Source: Macrostomum hystrix (taxonomy: Eukaryota > Animalia > Platyhelminthes). From it: DNA of 64,000 nucleotides. Below the pieces are notes generated by a model, which had not been told where the DNA came from, made no database searches, and was given only the letters and a program-made list of their open reading frames with translations. Made by a program: the position numbers and the translations under genes. The DNA lies in contig CATNEN010000025.1 of assembly GCA_950097015.1 (NCBI GenBank), forward strand, positions 248,001 through 312,000. Reading direction: 5' to 3'. Numbering within the stretch: the stretch's first letter is position 1; the number at the start of each line of letters is the position of its first letter. Below, piece by piece: positions 51,501 through 58,855 of this stretch.

Positions 51501-52552
51501 GGAGCAGTCGTTTCGAGCCGCTGAAAACGGAACCTCCGCCTCCCTGGCTGCCGTTGTTGGTCGGCCGCGACTTGAGGCGGTTTCGGCACCGTGCTGGCGA
51601 CCTCCTCCATTTCCGCATCAGCGCCCGACGGTGGGGGATCTGCAGCGACTGACAGCGCAACGGTGGACGCCTCGTAGTCCAGCAGTGCCTGCAGAGCATC
51701 GCGGTCGTCGCTATTAATCGCCTCCTGCTCGTTAGGCTCCGATGGCTCCGCCTTTGGGCCGCTACTGCGAGTTGCCGCTGTCGGCCTGCTTTTATCGTGG
51801 CGCTCGTCGTCGACGTCCTCAATCTCGATGACGACGGGGCTGCGAGGCTGTAGAGCTGCCCTGGACCTGTCGGGCGCGTCAGACGCCGCACCGTCGCTGT
51901 CGTCACTGTTGCCAGCAGCCTGTCGCCCGACGTGCCTGATCACTGCCGGCGACGACCATCTGCTGGTGGCCTTCTTGGCACTCCGGTGCTGATCTCCGAG
52001 CCAAGCCAGCAGGCTCCCTTTTGGCGCAGTCGAGGCTGAGGCTGCCATCGCGTGGAAGATTGGTGCGTAGACGGTCGTGTTATTTGCCGATGTACTGGCA
52101 GGTGGTGGCTGCTGATTGCCTGCTGCCGCTGGCTGGGATACGACGCGGATGGACACAATCGACGCGTTCAGCAGGTCCACACTGCCTGATGCTGTGGACA
52201 TCTGGTCATTGGCAGGCTGCTGCTCTTCGGTGTTCAGGCGCATGACACCGCTCAGGGGCAGCAGGCTGAAGTCGTCAGCGTCACTGCTGATGTTAGCCAC
52301 CGCTGCTGTCTGCACTGGACGGCACCGCTTTGGGCCTGGCGTAGATTCTGCAGCTGCTGCTGCTGCCGCTGCATTGACAATGCGACGTTGAGAGGGAGCG
52401 CTCTTTCTTTTTCGCTGTGATGGTGGCTGGTGAGTTGATGACGCTACCGGCCCGGCGGAGTTGCTATCTTGGGCAGCTCTCTCAAACTCGTCCAGCGCGG
52501 CCGCAATTCGTTCATCGTCGCTGTCGCAGCCGGTTGAAAAATTGAACGACAT
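48572..52552 (-). pseudogene. Large spliced gene: low-complexity N-terminus + possible Rep-like domain + SF3-like P-loop ATPase, disrupted
   Basis: Exon 1 52552-50890 (GTGAGT donor), exon 2 from 49531; frameshift near 49485; VVYLYGPSGVGKTT followed by FMFDGLD as in Rep SF3 helicases; Walker B not found (truncated near 48660). Confidence 0.55.
49541..50852 (-). mobile_element. mariner (DD34D) transposon, 1312 bp, inserted in a 44-nt intron
   Basis: 30-bp perfect TIR CGAGGGTCACTCAGAAAGTCTTTAGCCTGA, TA TSD; transposase 50668-49605 with TGDETW, HHDNAS, YSPDLAPCDF and one 2-bp frameshift near 49825. Confidence 0.95.
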
Positions 52553-52770
52553 TCTGTGCTTCCGCGGGTTAATTATAGGCGCGTTCAAATTTGGATGTAT
52601 GAAAATGAGCAGGCTGCAGAAAGCCAACGCAGTCCCAGGTTCTCAACTTCAACTGGGTGCAACATGGTGGGATTCCCTATTAATAGAGTCCCAAGTACAT
52701 CCCAAGGAGAAGGAGCAGGCTATTTAGGATGAGCAGCAGATAGTACCACTGTTACTAATTCTTCTAGTAG

Positions 52771-52804
52771 ATCAATATGCGCGCACATGTGCGCGCATAT
52801 TGAT
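52771..52804. other. Perfect 34-bp palindrome with 13-8-13 layout
   Basis: ATCAATATGCGCG-CACATGTG-CGCGCATATTGAT. Confidence 0.75.
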
Positions 52805-52902
52805 TTTATAGCTTTAAACTGATAGATTCAGATTCTATTAATAGGTGCTTAATTAGGTTAATTCGGATCCCGGTTAAGTTGATAGTGTACTTTTAGCGAG
52901 AA

Positions 52903-53038
52903 GTACAGTTCATAGTGCGCGCACATTACTTAAAAATATATAAGGACTTGCCTGCTATTCTTAGGTAGATAAGCAGCTCGAATCGAATCGTCTTATATAT
53001 ATATTTCTTAGGGATTGTGCGCGCACCACGAACTGTAC
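52903..53038. repeat. Second hairpin module
   Basis: Left arm identical to 47610-47632; right arm TGTGCGCGCACCACGAACTGTAC. Confidence 0.8.
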
Positions 53039-53201
53039 TCTGCTGTCTATTTTTAGGTTATCCAAAATAAACTTCCCGGTATCGAGTTGGATCTGCCAAC
53101 TTAGTTGATACTAAACCATTCTTTTATTGGTGCAGAGTTGGTTTGGGTTCACAAACAGGGATAAGTTATTTAAACTGTCTAGCTAAGTCTTTTTGCTGCT
53201 G

Positions 53202-53620
53202 CTACTGCTCCATTCGATATTGGCGACTCCGGAGCAACTCTCGCAGTCTTGCCCTTTGCTGCACGCCGCGCCAGTAGTCCAGCCCGTGTAGAATGTGCTG
53301 CAGCTCCAAACAGGTGTCCTCCACCAGGCCTAGCAGCTGGCCAAGTCGAAAGCCTCGTTCTCTGTTAGGCAGGTCACCTCCAGGATGGTCTCGTAGCCCG
53401 CAGCTGTCTGGTGTTGTAGCAGCCAGTCCAGGAGGCTCTTCAGCAGGGTGTGTAGCTGGGTGGCATTCAGCTCAGCATTCGGGCAGTGGCGCTGCAGGCA
53501 GGTCAGCTGCTCCAGTCGTCCTCGGTGCGCCAGGAACGGGGCCAGGCAGGCGATGTCGCATCTGGCCAGGAGTGCCACGATGGCCGGCGAGCCGAACAGC
53601 GCCACAGGATGAGCATTCAT
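53202..53620 (-). pseudogene. ~138-aa GC-rich gene with one frameshift near 53340; possibly death-fold-like
   Basis: MNAHPV..LAPFL..LLDWLLQHQTAAGYETILEV..AFDL / GQLLGLVEDTCLELQ..LDYWRGVQQRARLRELLRS; codon usage like neighbouring YR and helicase genes. Confidence 0.45.
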
Positions 53621-54002
53621 CGTGGTTCTACGCACCCAACAATGTCGTGAGTGCAGCAGCAACGCGTCTAACACTAGCTAATACCGCTATAGTCACTATA
53701 TATCCCACAGTATATTGGAAAAATTTCGATCGATCATCACAGTGCGAAATGGGTCCCTAATTCAGGTGCGGGCAGTGGCATGGGGCTGCAGTCATCATGT
53801 AACGTAAGATAATACCCTGTATGAAACTCATTTCATAGAATGTTCGAACTGCATTCCGCTGCTGTCACAACTGCGCCATTTGAAACAAAATTATCATGAC
53901 TGGTATATATTTAAGTATTCAATCAGCCAACCGATCTCGCACCTAACACTGCAACAATTGCTATCAGTAGTAATCAATTTAGAATTATAGCAAAGCGGGT
54001 CG

Positions 54003-54505
54003 CGGGCTCTTTTGCTGCATAAGAAAGCATTAAGGGTTGAGTCGGGCTCTTTTGCTGCATAAGAAAGCATTAAGGGTTGAGTCGGGCTCTTTTGCTGCAT
54101 AAGAAAGCATTAAGGGTTGAGTCGGGCTCTTTTGCTGCATAAGAAAACATTAAGGGTTGAGTCGGGCTCTTTTGCTGCATAAGAAAGCATTAAGGGTTGA
54201 GTCGGGCTCTTTTGCTGCATAAGAAAACATTAAGGGTTGAGTCGGGCTCTTTTGCTGCATAAGAAAACATTAAGGGTTGAGTCGGGCTCTTTTGCTGCAT
54301 AAGAAAGCATTAAGGGTTGAGTCGGGCTCTTTTGCTGCATAAGAAAGCATTAAGGGTTGAGTCGGGCTCTTTTGCTGCATAAGAAAGCATTAAGGGTTGA
54401 GTCGGGCTCTTTTGCTGCATAAGAAAGCATTAAGGGTTGAGTCGGGCTCTTTTGCTGCATAAGAAAACATTAAGGGTTGAGTCGGGCTCTTTTGCTGCAT
54501 AAGAA
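54003..54505. repeat. 40-bp tandem repeat, ~12.6 copies
   Basis: Unit TAAGGGTTGAGTCGGGCTCTTTTGCTGCATAAGAAAGCAT with one G/A variant site. Confidence 0.97.
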
Positions 54506-56362
54506 TCGCTACATAAAAAACCATAGACTACACAGTCGGGCTGAATTGCCGCTATTGCAATTTCAATAGAGAGAGTGAGTGCGAGCGAGGAAAATATGTT
54601 TTACAGTAACTGTCAAATAGAGGTTAATTTGATAGAGTTTTGGTAAACCCGTAAATATACTCAATTAAGATAAATCACACATGTTCTGGACTGTTTTGTG
54701 CCGAAAGTAGCAAAAATAACGCAATAAATTCATAAATTTACAAAATTATGAATAATCTGTAGCTTAACGTTTGTCAATCAATTCACTAGTTGCCTATAGA
54801 TTTTGTTGTTCAAAGATTTGACTGATTTGTCTTGTGCTTGCTGGGATACTGTGGAATTGTGGAAGTCCCTGTGGAAGTCCCTGTGGAATTGCCGACTAGT
54901 CGGCTGCGCTGATCTGCAATATGGTTATTTTGAAATTATGCTCCTTATATGGTCTTTGATGAAAAGATTAGAAATTGAAAATATCGTCGTTTCGGCGCCC
55001 GCAGCCGTCCTGCAATTCTTATTTTATAGCTATACGTACCGTGTACATAAAGCTTCGAGTCTTCATTAACGAAAAACCAAGCTGGCACACTTCCAGAGAG
55101 TAAAAACCTATCAGCTATCAGCTCATTTCAAAGTACTCAATGACTTTCGAAGTATGGAAATCGTAAACATCTCAGGCAAAATAGGGTGCATGGTGCAGTG
55201 AATGCTTAAAAGGCATACGCATTTTTGTTGATCCTCATCGCCGATTGTAAAGTAAAAATGTTGCGTTATGAGTATATTAGTATAGTACGAGTACTATCTA
55301 AAGAATGAACACAGTGAATCACCAGAGAGAAGAATATGAATGCACAAGAGTTCTGCAATATAAAAGGTGCAGTAGTCTGGAAAGTCTGTCACATTTATCC
55401 TCTTGTAATTGGGATCGTATTGAAGCAAGATATCGCCAGTGTTATGCGCGTTACTTGTTTCTAACTTACTAATTTGGTATCGATCTTTACTTTTTCTCGT
55501 TACCACGGGCTGGTAATAAATATGACGGCAACAAGTCGTTACTAACAGTGTGCATTTCCCGTTACCTGTTTTCGTTACTAGTTTCCGAAAAAATAATTTG
55601 ACTTTAGCAGCACTGTAAATAAATTATTTTGCTGCATTAAACAACTTTTTAAACTGTCCATTTTTTTCTTTTAGACTGAAAGGCGGGGTGGAGTACTCAC
55701 TAAACAAGAAGCATCGCTGCAGGGATATCGATGACCAGCTCATGGATCAATACAATGAAAACGATGGTGACTTGCGCGTGACTGTAACCTGTTTGTATTT
55801 ATTTACCTGACTGTAACGAATAGAGACCGCAGAGCAGAGGCAAGCTGATCACTTAGCGAGCAGCAACTAGCGCTGACCATATGCGTATGACCGCGAACGA
55901 GTTGCGGTCTACAAAAGCTGGTTACCACAAGAATAAGATGAGTTTTCTTCTAGTCAAATGGTCGCACAAGCATATCGAGAGCGAACTCTCGACCTCCCGT
56001 CGCTCATTCAATCTTCAAAATTGCGAGCTTTCCGCTTGTGCCGAGGCTCAAGTGTGACTTTGACAAGGAGCTTCAGTCTGGATTGATATCCGTTAGCCTG
56101 CGACCAGCTTCTCTGGCAAAGTGGACTTCAGTCGCTTGGCTGAGCAAAAGCAACGCAGGCGTTCGCATCGGCAGCGGTGCTTAATTCGGTTCCCCGATGT
56201 GCATCGATTCCAATGCTGAGTTCTCTGGACAATCCATGCACCGAACTTGGGCATTGCCGGCATCGATTAGCTGTAACAACTGTTTGGCGTGTCACAAAAC
56301 ATCTTGCGTAACGGCTGGTGGTACGCGCGTCCAATGCCCTAGCAGCGACTGTTCGACCGTGA

Positions 56363-57592
56363 TCAGTAGTAGGGGTTAGCAGTTAGCAGCCCCCACATTG
56401 TTTTCCTTGTTGAAAACAACCCTTTGTTCACTGTAGAGATAAGAGAAATGGCGGGCCTATCTCTTTGCGCTGCGTACGGCTGCAGTGGAGTGGAGAGGCC
56501 GATGGAGGGTGGGTGAGGTGTGAGGTGGGAGTTGGAGATAAGGGCCCCAGTCCTGGCAGACTGGCTGCTTTTCAGGTAGTGCAAGTACTCTCGCACAAAT
56601 GAGTTGTTTTCGGGTGTGAATGCACCGTGGCACATGGTTTCCCCGCCTTTCTTTAGAGCTAGCTGGCTGAGGTTGAAGCTCTGGAACTCGAAGGGGCAGG
56701 TGTGATGATTCCCGTTGAAGGCTCGGTGGCTCACGAAAGCCAGCATGATGAACTTAGGGAGTTTTCCGTGGGTAAAGCCTTCAATGTTCTTCGACTGGAT
56801 TCTCTGGGGCAGAATAAAGTTCTGCATTTCGGCTCGCTCCATAGGATAGAGCGCATTCTGGTTGGTCAGTCCCTGATCATGGGCTAGGCTGATGTGAGAA
56901 GCCACCTTGACTCGGCGGAGATGCAGGATGCAGTGGGAGATTTCCATGCGGTAGGCTGTGTTGTTTGTGACCGGGGTTCTGATGGCAAATGCAGCGTCGC
57001 TGGGCACCAACTTGATGTGCAGGTGCAGGTTGTTCAGCAGGAACATGGGGCACTGGAAGATGTCGCTGAACAACGGTCCGACATACTCCACCCAGCGGGA
57101 CAGCCTGTGGCTCTCCATGTGCGCCTCTGCAGCGGAGTCAGGTTGCAGGAATCCAGCGGGGTAGAACTTCAGCTGCTGGGCGTCTGAGGAGCTCATGAGA
57201 GCTTTGAAATAGGCATGGTAGGGATAGAGCTGGTCTCCCCCGGACACAACTCGCTGGTTAATGCTCACAATGACATCAGAGAAGAGCGTAGACAGGACGA
57301 AGTTTTCAGGGTGCACATCACTGTCTCGGCGCTCTGTCAGCTCTCCTTCAGCGTTCAGAACATTCTCCCTCAGCAAGCCCCCATCCAGTCGGACTAGGCG
57401 GCAGCGAATGTACAGGAAAGAATTCAATAGTTCGGTGTATTCGTCAGCTGATGGGTGGCAATCGAATTCGATGGGTGCATTTGCAGCAATTGAGTTCACG
57501 GGGTGAATATCGACATAGGAGGATTTGTCAATGGCAGTCTGCAGCGCAGGAGCCTTGAACAAATCGAGCCTTGGGTTGAATCCATAAGCCAT
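56363..57592 (-). pseudogene. Polinton major capsid protein (PY/hexon-like), C-terminally truncated and reading into the terminus
   Basis: LDLF..LQTAI..YVDIHP..PIEF..EY..L..VHPENFVLSTLFSDV..YPYHAY..GPLFSDIF..GKLPKFIMLAFVSHRAFNG..PFEFQ pattern. Confidence 0.88.
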
Positions 57593-57656
57593 GTCTACGA
57601 CAAAGAGTCCAGCACGCGCTTCACCGTTTTCCTGCTGACTTTTCGCTTCCTCTTGC

Positions 57657-57983
57657 TTACCGTTTTGCCCTTTGCTTTGCTCTCTCCTTTCTTAGGTTTC
57701 TTTCTACCTGCATTGTTCCGTTTCCTTGATTTTTTCCCCTTCTTGCCATTTTGGCGAGAGGTGTCTTCTTTATTATCTTTTTCCTAGAAACTTTAGCATT
57801 CAACTGTCTTCTTTTGCTAACGCTTTTGCCAGCCGAGGCCAACTGAGATGCATGTGCTGGTGAAGTTGCTGGAGGAGGTTGATATGTCATGATCCCTGGA
57901 AAACTTCCGCACCCATAGGGCGCAGATTTATCGCTTCCATTTCGAGTTCCAGAGTACTGCCGGATCATCTGTTGATAGTTCAT
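57657..57983 (-). CDS. Small basic protein upstream of MCP (Polinton core/PM-like)
   Basis: MNYQQMIRQYSG..GCGSFPG..YQ then K/R-rich tail; syntenic position. Confidence 0.45.
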   Translation of the reverse strand: MNYQQMIRQYSGTRNGSDKSAPYGCGSFPGIMTYQPPPATSPAHASQLASAGKSVSKRRQLNAKVSRKKIIKKTPLAKMARRGKNQGNGTMQVERNLRKERAKQRAKR

Positions 57984-58041
57984 CGAATAAGTTTCTCCCG
58001 GATCTGAATCGTGAGCAAAACAGGACTGCAGCTCTGAGCAG

Positions 58042-58375
58042 TCAGAGGGGACCAAATGTATCCCGCAGTTGAATTCGAATGCTGTGTAGAAAATTTGCTT
58101 TCTGGATTGGGAAGAAAAGTGTTTTCTTAAACACTTTGCTGAAGTAGCAGCCCCATTCAGCATTAGAACTGATGTTCACAGTTCGCAGCAGGGAGTCCCA
58201 GTTGCAGCTTGTTGACTCAACAAGGCTGCAGCGCACATTGACCAGGTTGGTGGGCGGACAGCCGATGCAACAGCTTGACACTTGGCACCCAGGTGGGATT
58301 TTGATTGACTGGTTTCCAAATCCCAACCACTGCGAGCCCCGAGGCGGCACGAAATTGGTACCAGACCGGATCGCG
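58042..58375 (-). pseudogene. Polinton minor capsid protein (penton) C-terminal part
   Basis: WLGF..VNVRCSLVE..SLLRTVNI..FFPIQK..IRIQLRDTFGP motif; flanked by stops. Confidence 0.65.
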
Positions 58376-58447
58376 GCTTAATTCACTGTCCTGCAATGGT
58401 ATGCGCCCAGATGGCGACGACGAAGCCACACTGATTTCCTTGTCGGA

Positions 58448-58855
58448 CTAGGCGATGAGTAGCGTCTTCCGGTCCTCCTCCTCCTCACACGTTCCTTCAA
58501 CAGAAGCCAGCTCAGCCTTGACATCGATGCCCACCTCACGTATGACGTCTTGAGTGCCCAGCTCATATTCACCTTCTGGTGATTTTCCTTGTAGCTCCGA
58601 GTCAATCCAGCTCGCTTTTTTCCATAGCTCATTCCATAGACGGGGTGACAGGGCCACGGAATTGCGCCTTAGGTATTCTTCCGTACAATCTTCGGGAAGA
58701 CGCTTGAGCCAGATGGTTCCTCGGCTAAACATCGCGATCTTCTCAAAACCCAGCTTGATCGTGACGTTGTGTCGGTTGACCGCGGAGTGCACAAGTTGTT
58801 GCTTCACTTGCTTTAGCTTTTCCCATTGATACGCGTTGAGGTTGAATCCGGGCAC
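58448..58855 (-). CDS. 135-aa protein with two PC4/KELP-like ssDNA-binding motifs
   Basis: GFNLNAYQWEKLKQ and VALSPRLWNELWKKASWIDSEL resemble the PC4 GISLxxxQWxxL motif. Confidence 0.5.
   Translation of the reverse strand: MPGFNLNAYQWEKLKQVKQQLVHSAVNRHNVTIKLGFEKIAMFSRGTIWLKRLPEDCTEEYLRRNSVALSPRLWNELWKKASWIDSELQGKSPEGEYELGTQDVIREVGIDVKAELASVEGTCEEEEDRKTLLIA

Noticed and set aside
41101-53620. Bacterial integron or prophage contamination
   Set aside because: Genes carry spliceosomal introns and a mariner insertion, and are contiguous with animal transposons and PIGS.
54003-54505. CRISPR array (also 63111-63579)
   Set aside because: Head-to-tail repeats with no unique spacers; eukaryotic context.
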